Source: Chiloscyllium plagiosum
Taxonomy: Eukaryota
DNA length: 36,348 nucleotides
Assembly: GCF_004010195.1 (NCBI RefSeq)
Contig: NW_025214381.1
Location: forward strand, 6,372-42,719
Reading direction: 5' to 3'
Shown: in pieces, positions 1 through 12,140 of the stretch
Position numbering within the stretch: position 1 is the stretch's first letter
How the letters are laid out: each line of letters opens with the position of its first letter
The notes under the pieces: generated by a model
Databases searched by the model: none
What the model was told of the DNA's origin: nothing
Seen by the model: only the letters and a program-made list of their open reading frames with translations
Program-made: the position numbers and the translations under genes

Positions 1-612
1 CCCAGAAGTCTCCTCCCTTACCTTAGCATCCTGGGATACATTTCATTGGGTCCTGGGGATTTCTCCACCTTTATGCCTGTGAAACTATTTAATACCTCCT
101 CGTTATTGATCTTAACATATTCTCGAACCTGACTATCCCAACTGAAATCCCCATCTACAATGTATTTTTCCTGTGTGAATACAGATGAGAAGTATTCATT
201 GAAGACATCACCTACTTGTTCTGGCTCCATGCACAGATTGTCCTTTTGGTTTCTCACAGGCCTCCTCTTTCACTGGGAATCCTCTTACTCTCACGATGCT
301 GATAATTTACCTGTGGCTTTTACACAATCATATCGGCCAAATATATTTCATGACTATTGTTTGTCCCTCATTTTCCACAATCGCCTTGCACTCTCTATAC
401 ATGTGAAGGTCTTCACCTGATTTTATTACACTGTACTTTCTTTATCGAACTCACGATGTCACTTGATCAGTATTCCCTGGACTTGCTGCCTTTACTATTC
501 ACTCTTCAAGGAACACACCAGCCCTGCTTTCTCACTACATCACTTTCCTAATATGCACCCAATTGCAGGGAGTTCCTCCTTGTCTCTGTTTGCCAGATCC
601 TCTCTAATGATC
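1..612 (-). mobile_element. CR1-clade LINE, decayed ORF2 fragment (tether region running into the RT N-terminus), continues beyond the left edge
   Basis: Minus-strand translations give IREDLANRD.. (606-570) and LCMEPEQVGDVFNEYFSSVFT..EEVL..IKVEKSPGPNEMYPRML (18-257). These match CR1 ORF2 motifs (LN.YF.SVFT, KSPGPD.IYPR.L). Confidence 0.9.
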
Positions 613-1910
613 GCAATACTGATGGGAGACTCAGTTGTGAGGGGGACAGACAGGAGACTGTGTGGCTGCAGAAGTGACCCCAGGATGATGTGCTGCCTCC
701 CGGGTAACAGGGTCAAGGATGTCTCTGAGCGGTTACTAAATATTCTGAAGGGGAGGGTGAATAGCCAGAGGTATTTGTGCACATAAGACCACATGACAGA
801 GGTAGACAAAGGGATAGGCCCCTGTGAAATGAGTACAGGGAGTTAGGTAAGAAGTTTAAAAAAAGGATATTGACGTTAATGATCTCCAGATTACTCCCAG
901 TCCACACGCCAGTGAGGATAGAAAAAGAAATATCGGCCAGATGGATGTGTGGCTTAGGAGCTGGTGAAGGGGGCAGGGTTTCCAGTTCTTAGGACATTGG
1001 GATCTCTTCTGGGGTAGAGGTGACCTGTACCAGGAGGATGGTTTGCACTGGAAGCAGAGGGGCACCAATATCACTGGAAGGAGATTTGCTAGTGTTACCC
1101 AGCAGGATTTAAACTAGTTTGGCCAGGAGTTGAGACTCTGAATAAGAGAGGGCCCATCAACTAGTCAGGGGAAAATATATCAGCCATCGAGAGCAAGTTT
1201 CCGATCCAGGGCACAGTTTCGGGAGGGAAAAGACTTCTGGTTTAAAGGGCATTAATTTCAATGCACGAGGCCAGACTGGTAAGGCAGACAAGTTCAGACC
1301 ATGGATTAGCTCTGGGGACTGGGATATTATAGCCATAACAGAAACATGGCTGAGAGAAGGGCAGGACTGGTAGCGGAGTGTTCCAGGAAACAGAAGCTAC
1401 AGGCGTGACAGAAGGACAAGTAAGTGAGGAGGGGTGGTGGTCCTTTTGATTAGGGAGAATGTAAAAACAGTGCCGAGAGACAACATTGTTAAGCAGTCCT
1501 CAAATGAGGCCATATTTTTATAAGTTAGAAACAAAAAGGGAATTGTCAGTCTGCTGGGATGGTGTTCTAGACCCCCAAATAGCTAGCGGGTACGAGAGGA
1601 GAAAATGGCAGTGAGATTGCAGGTACCTATAAAAATAATAGAGTAGTATTGGATGGAGATTTTAACTTCCCATGGATTTACCGGGTCACCCAGAGTGTAA
1701 AAGGACCATACGTGGTGGAATTTGTCAAATATGTCTAAAAGAGTTTCATAAATCAAGATGTAGTGGGCTCTGTTCGACTCAGGCGGATGCAACACGAGAC
1801 CTCCCCTCAGAAAAAGAGGTTGGCCAAGTGACTGAAGTGTCAGTCGGAGACCATTTTGGGTCCAGTGACCACAACTGTCTTTGTATTAAGATAGTTATGG
1901 AAATGAGTAT
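613..1910 (+). mobile_element. CR1-clade LINE 5' part: ORF1 SGNH/esterase domain (to stop at 1117) plus ORF2 AP-endonuclease domain, frameshifted
   Basis: ORF1 motifs: GDSVVRGTD, CCLPG.RVKDV, FLGHWDLFWGRGDLYQEDGLH. ORF2 APE motifs: FNAR, DIIAITETWL, (Y)RPP, GDFNFP, GDHFGSSDHN. Confidence 0.92.
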
Positions 1911-2049
1911 AAATTAGATTGTAAAGGGGGGAATTGGTTCCTTAATTGAGTGCAAGACAAACGATTCACAAACAAGGCAAGTTCATTGGGAGACCAAGAG
2001 AAGGAATGTATGAAGATTTGAGAACAGCCATAAAGGCGTCATGCTGTGA

Positions 2050-2372
2050 AGTTATGGAATTGAATACTAACTCCTATAGGCTGGAACGAACCAAAGTGAA
2101 ATGTGAGGTGTTACTCGAGCCTGGGTTGTGCTTCATTGGAACATTGCAGTAGCCCAGGACTGAAATGTTAGCATGAGAGCAAGGTAGGTTATTGAAATGG
2201 GAAACAATGAGACAGTCAGGGCTCTTCCTACAGACAGAGTGGGAGTGCTCCTCAATGCAGTCTCTGTTTGGTCTCCCCAATTTAAAGGAAACTGAATTGT
2301 GAGCAGCAATGACAGGAAACAGGATTGAAAGATTACAAATGAAATGCTGCTTCTTCTGGAAGGTGTGTGTTG
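2050..2372 (-). mobile_element. Penelope-like retroelement relic (GIY-YIG endonuclease C-terminal part)
   Basis: Minus strand reads HTFQKKQHF..GRPNR..EEHSHSV..PDC..VSHFNN..SHANISVLG, a degenerate form of the Penelope G.T.R.L..R..EH...V..HFN signature. Confidence 0.7.
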
Positions 2373-2469
2373 GGTTGTTAAGAAATGAGGAAAGAGTTAG
2401 CGATCATTTCAAGTGTCCAAATGTATTTCTTCTTACATATAGACTACATAGTTCTATTACCTGGAGACA

Positions 2470-2975
2470 GTAAGTACTACAGGTGCGAGAGGCCAGAGTT
2501 AATAAACTTGGAGCTGAATAAACACAGCAGACCAGACAGAATCAGGGGAGCAAAAAGGCAATATTTTGATCTTGGACCTTTTGTCAGGACTGGCGAGGGG
2601 GAGTGGAGCCCAGAAATGGAGCGATGGGATATGGAAGGGCGAGGTGTAAGGATGATGGTGCTGCATGCATGCAGATATGAGGTTACTGTGATTGGTCAGT
2701 GGGAAGGTTGGAGCAGATATGTGAGTGAGAAGATGAACAGGTGGGTCTGGTCAAGGAGAAGGGACATGGGATAAGGCTGCATGTGGAGGGATTTTGATGT
2801 TTCTCCTGTCAATATTGAGGCCATTGAGCTATCAGTTCCAAAGGTAAACCCTCAGGTGGTGTTCCTCTGACAGTGGACAGGCTAAGGATGGGCATGTCCC
2901 GGACGGGTTGGAGGGGGAATTAAAATGGAAGGTAACGGGTTGGTTGTTGTGTTCAGAGCACTGGTGCTCCATACA
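2470..2975 (-). mobile_element. Penelope-like relic (GIY-YIG end plus 3' UTR/pseudo-LTR), left member of an inverted pair
   Basis: Reverse complement is collinear with 3090-3620. For example, gattggtcagtgggaagg.tggagcagatatg pairs with catatccgctgcacccttccaactgaccaatc. ORF 2832-3182 ends PVTFHFNSPS..EEHHL. Confidence 0.7.
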
Positions 2976-2989
2976 GAGTCTGATCCTGC

Positions 2990-3625
2990 CCCACCAAGCA
3001 CGTCTCCAACTCCCGACGGTGGTCTCCACTCTATCAGGGAGACCAAAGTGAGATTCAGGGACATATTCACGGAGCATCTGCTCTCTGCACGCTTTAACTA
3101 ACCCTACATTCCAGTTGCCATTCACTTCAATTACTCGCTCACACCCATCCACCCCCCCTTGCTCATCCAGCGACAGGTCCATCCTTGGCTTCCTCTCCTG
3201 TCAGAGTCAGGCCAAATAGAAACTAGGGAAGACAACATGATCTTTCAGCTTGAGAGCTTATAGTTCACTGGTCTCAATACTGACCTCACTGCATTCAAAA
3301 TCTCTCCACCCACAGCCTTATTCCATGTTCCCCTTCCCTGACCTGACCTAAGCAGTCCATCTTCCTCTTCGCATATCCGCTGCACCCTTCCAACTGACCA
3401 ATCGCATTATCCCCCGACTTGCATCCCCTATCGTCATCCCATCTAGGCTTACCTCAGCCCCACGTCCCTCCCTCTATTTACTTCCCAGCTCCCCTTCCCC
3501 CGGCCAAATCCTAATGAAGTATTTCACCCTGAAACGTTGACTTTTCTGTTCCAAGGGTGCTGTCTGTCCTGCTGTGCTTTTTCAGCTTCATATTATTGCT
3601 ATATCCGCAGCAACAGATTTTATTA
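2990..3625 (+). mobile_element. Penelope-like relic (GIY-YIG end plus 3' UTR/pseudo-LTR), right member of an inverted pair
   Basis: Reads IRETKVRFRDIFTEHL..PVAIHFN..SILGFL.C, then a C-rich UTR and ctaatga..gaaacgttgac near the end. Confidence 0.75.
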
Positions 3626-3799
3626 TGCTTTTTATACATTTTATTTTAGTCTGTTTACTGACAAGCTTATCTCAACATTCTCACTACAGGGTCAAGGAAA
3701 CAGTCTCTTTGTCACGAATGCTCCTGTCTGCTTCGAAATGATTTCCTTTGTTTTAACCGTACATTCAAGTCTGCTGTTCGAAATAGCATTGTACATTTA

Positions 3800-4700
3800 A
3801 CCCTTTTTATGCTGTAGCTTAATCACACCATGCCCAATATACTTCACAACTTCCTTGTTCTTATACTCCACACATCTATTCATAAACGTAAGGATCCATT
3901 AAGTCTTTCTATACAACAGTTTCAACTTGCCTGACCATTTGTAATTTCCAGTCTTTTGTGTCCCTCTCTCCTTACATTTACAGTCCTCCCTCACTCCACA
4001 ATTTCCTGAAAGATCACCAGCATTGCCTCCACAATCACCTTTGGCATCTCTTTAGAACTATGGCGTGTTCTCCAACTGGTCTCGCTGATTGATCCAACTT
4101 CATCTTCCCCAGCTCCTTCTCCTTACGGGTGGTCACTATACTCACCTCTACTCTCTGACTGTCTTGAAGTTCTGACATTTTGCTGGTGTCTTTCACTGTT
4201 AAGATTGTTGTAATGTATTCAATTCCTCCGCCATTCCATTGCTTCCCATCACTATTCAAGCTTCATTTTCCAACATTCCTTTGTTTCTTCTTTACTCCCT
4301 GTCTTCCTTGGTATATGTCTAAAAATCTCTTTCAATGTTCTATTACATGATTAACAAGCGTAATATCAGATTTCACCCTCTCCTCCCATTTGCTGTTCTT
4401 AGTTATCCGTGCTGGAAGTTATAGGCTTCGTCATCGTCTAGATTCCCAATAATCTTCTCCACATTGTGCGCATTTTCTTTTACTTTGATGCTGTTGCTGA
4501 GTTCGTTTTAACGCACGGCTGCTTTGTCTTTCGCTGAATATCTATCTTCTTACTTGGGATTAATTTCTGATGTGCTGCTGAATTATCTCCAGAAACTCCT
4601 GTCATTGCTGCTTCACCATATTCCCGTGCACAGCTCCCCTTCCGACTAACTCTGGCCAACGCCACCCTCATGTCTTTTTTGTTACATTACTCAATTATAA
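3800..4700 (-). mobile_element. Highly decayed CR1 ORF2 fragments
   Basis: Minus-strand remnants such as MRVALARVS(R/W)K (tether region) and SDGKQWNGGGIEY. There is no long ORF. Confidence 0.5.
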
Positions 4701-5574
4701 GCCATCTCATGCAAAAGTGAGCATTAGATGTAAACTGAAGGAGGGAGGTTTGAGACATTGGACACGAAGAACGATTGGAGGATTTATTAACTAGATGGAA
4801 AGACAGTGACAGAGAGAGAAAATATGGACGTGGAGATGTAAAAATAGGGAAGTCTACATGATTGATAAAATTAGATGTGCTTCCGTATTTGGTTTGACAA
4901 TTCCTTTGTGCTGTGGTCATTTGTACAGTATCTGTGCAACAGATTAATCTGGTGAAATCCTGGATTTGATGCCAGAACTTTTATCTCCATCAATATGACA
5001 GGCACCAATTATTGACAGAACCCAGCATATGTTTTTTGGTATAAAAATGGATTAACTGAAACAAGTTGGAACACCAGAAGCAGGAACATCTGAGGAGAAA
5101 CGAAAGTGTTCATAACGACGATTACCCTATTTTATCCTGAACTGATTTATATCTCAATATTCCGTCTACCTCAAAACCTGTCCACTCCCACCTTCACAAT
5201 ATCCCCAGTCTTCACTTCTGCCTCAACACTGTTTCTGAATAAACCATCATCCACACCTTTCCATTTACAATTCTCTTCTGGCAACTCTTCTCGTTACACA
5301 TATTTTGATCACAAACTTTTTCTTACCTCGACCTGGACCTATGCCAGGTGCAAAGTGTGAAGTCAGTTTGATACTAAAATGAATTTCAGTATAACCTGTA
5401 ACCTCACACGAGGGAGAGGACTATGCTGTCAGTGACCAGGAAGTGACAGTTTCATTGAACTGTCTTGATTCGGGAACTTGCTGAGCAGGAGTGGGTGTCA
5501 CGTCCATCATCTCCCAATTGCAGTGTTCCAATGTATTCACGCAGTGACGGAATCCATCTCTGCCTGCTGCTGAG

Positions 5575-6950
5575 GGTAATAACTTCGTGCTGTCTCCATA
5601 ATGGAAGGTACTGAAAATCTTCTACATATAATATGGGACAGATTGACTGGTGAAAATAAAAACATGATTAGCAGTAATAAAGTGAACTTACTCAAAAACT
5701 AATTGAATTGAAGGTTGGCAAGTTACTGCACCAAATGACTTCCATCCGAGTTTTCAGGGAAGTGAAATTACAGCTAGTGAATGAGTGAAAGAGTCAGACA
5801 GGACAGGAACAGACGCTTCGGTCCAACCAGTCCATGCTAAGTATTCCAATTACAAACTAACTTAGTATAACCTGTCCGCACTTGGCCCATATCCATACAA
5901 ACCTTTCTTATGCATGTATTTATCTAAATGTCTTTTAAATGTTGTAACGACAAGAAAGAAGTATTGATTACCTACAAATTTCTTTAGACTCTGGAATTTC
6001 TCGTTCCTGCAGACTGGAAAGTAGTTATTGTAATCCTAAATATTTAAAACCGGCGTGGGAGGTAAAACAAAAAAAAAGGTACCTTCATGTTAGTCTGAGG
6101 AAAATATTAGAACCTTTTATGAGAAATTTTATAACTCGACACTTGGGAAGCCATGATGTGACTTGGTACAGTCAGCTTAGACTTAGAAACCGGAAATCAT
6201 CGTTGAGAACCCTGTGGAGTTTGTGTTAGTTGATACATTCACAATAGAGAACCAGTGGGAGTGGTGTATTTGAATTTGCAGAATATTTTTTTTACATTGT
6301 TGCTAACAAGTGAGCAAAGGAAGTTAGAGTTCATTGGTAAGATGCAGACGGGGTGATCAGGATATACAACATGAATTGAGAATTGGTCAGTGGAAGCAAT
6401 GCTGAGCTTCTTGCACTTTTATGGATTGAAGGCAGTTACTCATGGGATATCACAAGTTTCGGTGTTTAAACCACAACAATTTGCAAGGCATAGAAATTAT
6501 TTGGATGTGAGAAATAAACAGCATGCATCTTATTTTGTATTGATTAAATAGTACAAGGTTGAGAAGTATTGTTTTTCAAAAGGACCTGAAAGTCCTTGAT
6601 CATGAGTCACCAAAAATAGCACATCCAAGGCCGTAGGTATTAGCATCTTATATGCTGGTATGCTGCCTTTCATTGTAATATGATTTAAGTGCATAAGTAA
6701 AGCCGTCTTCCCGTATTTGTAGGGCTTGATGAGAGAGTATTTGGGGCACTGTGTAGAGGTATGATCTCCTTTGTAAGGCACGATCTCATTAACACAGACA
6801 CAACTCTAATCCATGAGATGATGACTCCATGAGGAGACAGTGATGGAACTGAGTAATTAATCTGTCGGGTAGGAGACAAAGAGGGATGATTGTGCTGAAA
6901 CGTGAGGGTTAGCGACGATCACATATTTCTAAAAGAGACACTGTTAGGGT
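5575..6950 (+). mobile_element. Old CR1 ORF2 (RT) fragment, interrupted at ~5790-5948
   Basis: Degenerate LKV.K..PND.HP, VPADWK, VVYLNL, GISQVSVF.PQ, LEYCV..WSP motifs occur in the expected order. Confidence 0.7.
5790..5948 (-). mobile_element. Short 5'-truncated CR1 3' end inserted into an older CR1
   Basis: aacagacgcttcggtccaaccagtccatgc...ttggcccatatcc...aaatgtcttttaaatgttgtaac is the reverse complement of a shark CR1 ORF2 end and 3' UTR. Confidence 0.7.
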
Positions 6951-7159
6951 GAGAAATAATTAATTTATTAGATTTATTGTCACATGTGCATAAGTCCAGT
7001 GAAAGCTTTATTTTGCAGGTTACAATGCGCAGGACATTCAAAAAAAATGATCAACATGAACAAGATCATCATTATTTGGGGTTACAGAGTCCATTCATCA
7101 GTCTAACATAGCATACTTTATGTGCCTGAATGATCTCTCCCCACATTAATGCGCCGTCG

Positions 7160-10069
7160 GCATGAGGTCCTACAAGAAAAAATCTGGGAGTTAAGAACCA
7201 ACTTAACAAAGTGGGACCTCGGAGGTAGTAATCTCAGGATTGCCACCAGTGTCAAGTGCTCGTCAGCATAGGAATTATCGAATAATCAGGAAGAATGTGT
7301 GGCTTAAGAGATGATGCAGGAGGGAGGGGTTCCAACTTTGGGATATTGGGACCGTTTCTGGTGGAGGTGGGACTATTACAATTTGGACGGTCTGCATCTG
7401 GTAGACGGTCTATATCTATATTGTGGAGCCAATGTTTGATGGAGTGCATTTGCTAAAGCTGTTGGGAAAGGTTTAAACTAATGTGGCAGGGGATCGGGAA
7501 ACAATCTGTTTGGTGAACAGAAAGGAGGTAGTAACTAACGCCTAAGTAACTAGATAATGAGATCAGCATGACTGAGGGGAAGAGGAGGCAGGAAGCGGAG
7601 GATGAACACAGAGGGACTTGTAATTTTAATGCAAGAAGTATAATAGGTAAGGCAGATGAACTTAGGGCTTGGAATAGTATCTGGGAATATAATATTATTG
7701 ATATTACTGAGACTTGGTTGAGGGAATGGCTTTATTGGCAAATAAATATCCCAGGACATTAATGCTTCAGGCGGTGTAGAGAGGAAGGTAAAATGGGTGG
7801 ATGACAAACATCACTGGTCAAAGAAGATATCACAGCATTGCTGACGGAGTGCACCATGGAAGATTCGAGCAGTGAGGCAATATGGGCAGAGCTCAGAAAT
7901 AGAAAGGGTGCAGTTACAATGCTGGGATTGTACTACAGGCATCCCAACACCGATCAAGGTACAAATGTGTAGATAGATCACAGAAAGATGTGGGAGCAAC
8001 AAGATGGTGGTGATAGGATATTTTAATTTTCCCAACATTGACTGGGATTCACTTAGTGTTAGAGGTCTAGATGGAGCAGAATTTGTAAGGACCATCCAGG
8101 AGCGTTTTCTAGAGCAGTGTAGCAATTGTCCAACTCGGGAAGCGGCCATTCCAGACCTGGTGTTGGGAACTGAGCCCGCCCAGGTGGTGGAAGTTACAGT
8201 GGGGGATTACTTTGGGAATAATGATCACAATTCCTTTAGTTTTACAATCGTCATGGAGAAAGATGAGAGTGGTCCTAAAGGAAGAGTGCTAAACTGGGGG
8301 AAGGCCAACTATAGCAAAATTCGGCAAGAGCCTGGGAACGAGGATTGGGAACGGCTGCTTGAAAGGAAATCCGCAAATGATGTGTGGAAGGCTTTTGAAG
8401 AGAGGTTAATTAGTGTTCAGGAGAGATGTGTTCCTATGAAAATTATGGAGAGAAATGGCAATGTTAGGAAACCATGGATGACAAGTGATATTGTGAGACT
8501 AGCTAAAAGGAAAAAGGACGTGTACATAATATCTAGGTGAATAAAGATATCGGAAGCCTTGAAAGAATATTGTGAATGTAGGACCAATCTGAAGTGAGGA
8601 ATTAAGAGGGCGAAAAGGGGTCATGAGATATCCTTAGCCAGCAGGATTAAGGAAAACCTTAAAGCGTTTAGGTCACATATAACGAAAAAGAGGGTAGCTA
8701 GCGAAAGGGCCCACTCAAGGACAAAGCAGGAAAGATATGCTTGGAGGCAGAGAAGTCGGGAGAGATTCTTAATGAGTACTTTACATCGATATTCACCAAG
8801 GAGAGGGGCTTGGTGGATGTTGAGATTAGGGAAAGATCTTTGATTGCTCTTGGTCAAGTCTGCGTAAGGAGGGAGGAAGTGGTGTGATTTCCAAAGGACA
8901 TCAAGAAGGACAAGTCCCCAGGTCTGGATGGGATCTACCCAAGGTTACTGAGGGAAGCGAGAGAGAAAATAGCTGAGGCTTTAACAGATGTTGTTGCAGC
9001 ATCCTTGAACACGGGAAGGTACCTGGGGAATGGACAATTGCTAATGGTATCTCCTTGTTTAAGGAATAATCCAGGAAATTACAGACCTGCGAGCCTGATG
9101 TCACTAGTAGGGAAGCTACTGGAGAAGATACTGAGGGATAGGATATATATCCATTTAGAATGCAATGACTTCTCAGTGTTAGGTAGCATGGCTTTCCGCA
9201 GGTAGGGTAATGGCTTACAAACTTTATAGAATTGTTTGAAGAGGTGACAATGTTGATTGATGAGGGAATGTATATAGATGTCATACAGATGGACTTTACT
9301 AAGGCGTTCGATACATTTCCCCATGGTAAGCTGATGAAGAAGGTGAAGTTGCATGGGTGTTCCAGCTAGATGGATAGAGAACTTGTTCAGCAACAGGAGA
9401 CAGAGAGTAATAATGCAAGGGAGGTTCTCAAAATGGAGATCTGTGACCAGTGATGTCCCACAGGGGCCCTTGCTGGGAGATTGTTTTTTGTGGTATACAT
9501 AAATGATTTGGAAGAAGGTGCAGTTAGTTTCATTAGCAAGTTTGCAGATTACACTAAGATTGGTGGAGTAGCTGTCCGAGAATACAGCAGAATATAGATA
9601 GATTGGGGAGATGAGCAGAGAAATGACACATGGAGTTCAATTTGGACAAATGTGAGGCGATGCATTTTGTACAATCCAATCCAAGATCGAACTATACAGT
9701 AAATAGAAAAGTATCGGGGAATATTGATGCACAGAGACATCTAGGTGTTCAGGTACATTGTTACCTGAAGGTGGCAAGGCAGATCAGTAGAGTGGTGAAG
9801 AAGGTGTACTGCATTGTTTCCTTCATTGGACCGGGTACTGTATATAAGAGTTTGCAGGTTGTGTTATAGTTGTATAAGACTTTAGCCACATTTGGAATAA
9901 TGCATACAGTCTAGTCGCCACACTAGCAAAACAATGTGGATGCTTTGGAGAGGGTGCAGAGGAAGTTCACCAGGATGTTGTCTGGTATGTAGAGTGCCAG
10001 CCATGAAGAGAGATTGAACAAATTAGGATTATTTTCATTAGATAGACGGTGGTTGAGGGGGAACCTGAT
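7160..10069 (+). mobile_element. Long decayed CR1: ORF1 3' half (stop ~7481) plus ORF2 APE, tether and RT, with multiple stops and frameshifts
   Basis: Motifs in order: FNARSIIGKADEL, ITETWL, IGYFNFPNIDW, GNNDHN, KSPGLDGIYPR, PGNYRPASL, MDFTKAFD, VPQG, SKFADYTK, MEFNLDKCEAMHF. Confidence 0.95.
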
Positions 10070-12140
10070 CCTTGGATGACGAGGAATATTGAGGCCCTGG
10101 TAAGGACAATAAAGAAGGCATACATTGGGTTTAAGATATCAGGCTAAAGTCAATCCTTAGATGACTACACAAAGTGTAGAAGAACCCTTAAGAGGGGAAT
10201 CACAAGCCCAAAAACGGGCATGAAATGGATCTCTCAGAAAAGGTGAAAGATAATTCCAAGAGGTTCTCTAGCCATATTAAGAGTAGAAACGTGACTCAGG
10301 AGTGAATAGGTCCCCTGACTGATGAGCATGGCTGTCCTTGTGTGGAATCACCAGGAGGTGTGGGGAATTGTTTAATGGATACTTCTCCTCAATGTTTACG
10401 CACGAGCAAATGATGCATACTAAGGAAATAAGGAAAACAAGTGGGAATGTTTTGGCCCGCATACATATTACCAGAGTGGAGGTATTAGCTACCTTAAATT
10501 ACAATAATGTGAATAAATCCCCTGGGCAAGAACATGTCCATTCTCGGATGTTATAAAGCGAGGGAAGAAATTGCAGAGGCCCTTGCACAGTTTTTTGCTT
10601 AATCGTTTGCCACTGGAGTTGTTCCATTGTTTAAGAAATATAGCAAAGACAAGCCAGGGAACTCTTCATCAGTGAGCGTATAATTAGCATTAGGCAAGTT
10701 GTTGGAGATTAGAATGAGAGACAGGATGAACCAACGTTTGGAAATTCAAGGTCTGATTAGAAATAGTCAGCACGGATTAGTGTGCGGGAAATCATGTCTG
10801 AAAAATCTTTTAAATTGTTTCAAATAGATAACCGCGAGAATAGATAAGGGTAGGACAATGGATGATCTGTATACGGACTGTAGTAAGACTATTGACAAGG
10901 TCCCATACGGCAAATTAGTCAGTGAGTTTAGGTGGCATGGGATCCAGAGAGAGCTAGCTAATTGGATTCAAAATTAGCTCGATGGTAACAAGCAGAGGGT
11001 GATGGTTGGAGATTGTTTCTCAGACTGGAGGTCTATAACTAATGGTGTGCCACAGGTGTCGGTGCTGAGACCTTTATTATTTGTTATTTACATAAAGTTT
11101 TTGAATGTGAATATACAAGGCATGATGAAGGCCATAAGACATAGGAGCAGAAATTGAAATATTCAGCGCATCGAGTCTGCTTCACTATTCAGTCGTGGTT
11201 AGTAAGTATCTGAATCTCATTCTTCTGCTTTCTCGCCATGACCCTTGATCCCCTTGACAATCAAGAACCTGTCCATCTCAGTCTTATATATACTCATTAA
11301 CCTGGCATCCACAGCATTCTGTGGAATTGAATTTCATGGATTCACCACTCTCTGGCTGAAGATATTGCTCTGATATCAGTTCGAAAAGCTGTTCCTTTTA
11401 CTCTAAGGCTGTGCCCTCGGGTCCTACTCTATTCTACCAATGGAAACATCTTCACAACATCTATTCTGTCCAGACTATTCAGTATTTGGTATATTTCAAT
11501 TAGATATCCCGTCATCCTTCTAAAACCAATTGAGTAAAGATCCAGAGTCCTCAAACCTTCCTCATATGTCAAGCTTTTCATTCTGGGACCATTCTCGTGA
11601 AACTCCTCTGAACGAGTTCCAAGTCCGTGCATCTGCTCTGTGATATGGGGCCCAAAAGTCCACAATATACTCCAAGTACTCCCAAGAAGGTTACTACATT
11701 TATAGAAGACACAAAATTAGGAGGTATCATTGATAGCAATGAACGTTGTCAGAAATAATAGAGGGATTTTAATCTGATGGGGAAGTAAGCTGAGGATTGG
11801 CATTTGCAATTCAATACAGATAAGTCGGAGGTGTTACACTTTGGAAAGTAAAACAAAGATAGGGCTAATACAGTAAATGGTCAGGTTCTGAGGAGTGTTG
11901 TGAAACAGAGGGACCTCTAATTACAAGTTCATATTTTACTGGAAGAGGCATCACGGGTAGACAGGGCGGCAAAGAAGACATTTACCATACTGGCCTTCAT
12001 CATTCAAAGCATTGAATATAGGAGTTGGGACATTATGCTACCATTCCGTAAGCCCGAGGTGAGGCCACACCTGGAGTATTGTGTACAGTTTTGGTCGTCC
12101 TGTTAACCTGAAAAGAGTGCAAAGAAGTTTGACAAGGATG
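10070..12140 (+). mobile_element. Second CR1 ORF2 fragment (tether to RT thumb), split by an antisense CR1 at 11130-11677
   Basis: Reads PWMTRNIEALV, FNGYFSSMFT, KSPG, GVPQVSVL. It resumes after the insert at the decayed SKFADDTKLGG equivalent, then RPHLEYCVQFW. Confidence 0.88.
11130..11677 (-). mobile_element. 5'-truncated CR1 3' portion (RT thumb plus 3' UTR)
   Basis: Minus ORF 11429-11665 reads MKSLTYEEGLRTLDLYS..RRMTGYLIEIYQIL..LDRID..KMFPL. The 3' tail appears as ccataagacataggagcagaa. Confidence 0.88.

Noticed and set aside
4900..5570. Apparently unique segment as an exon or promoter
   Set aside because: ORF 5106-5360 is low-complexity with no motif, and no splice-consistent structure was found.
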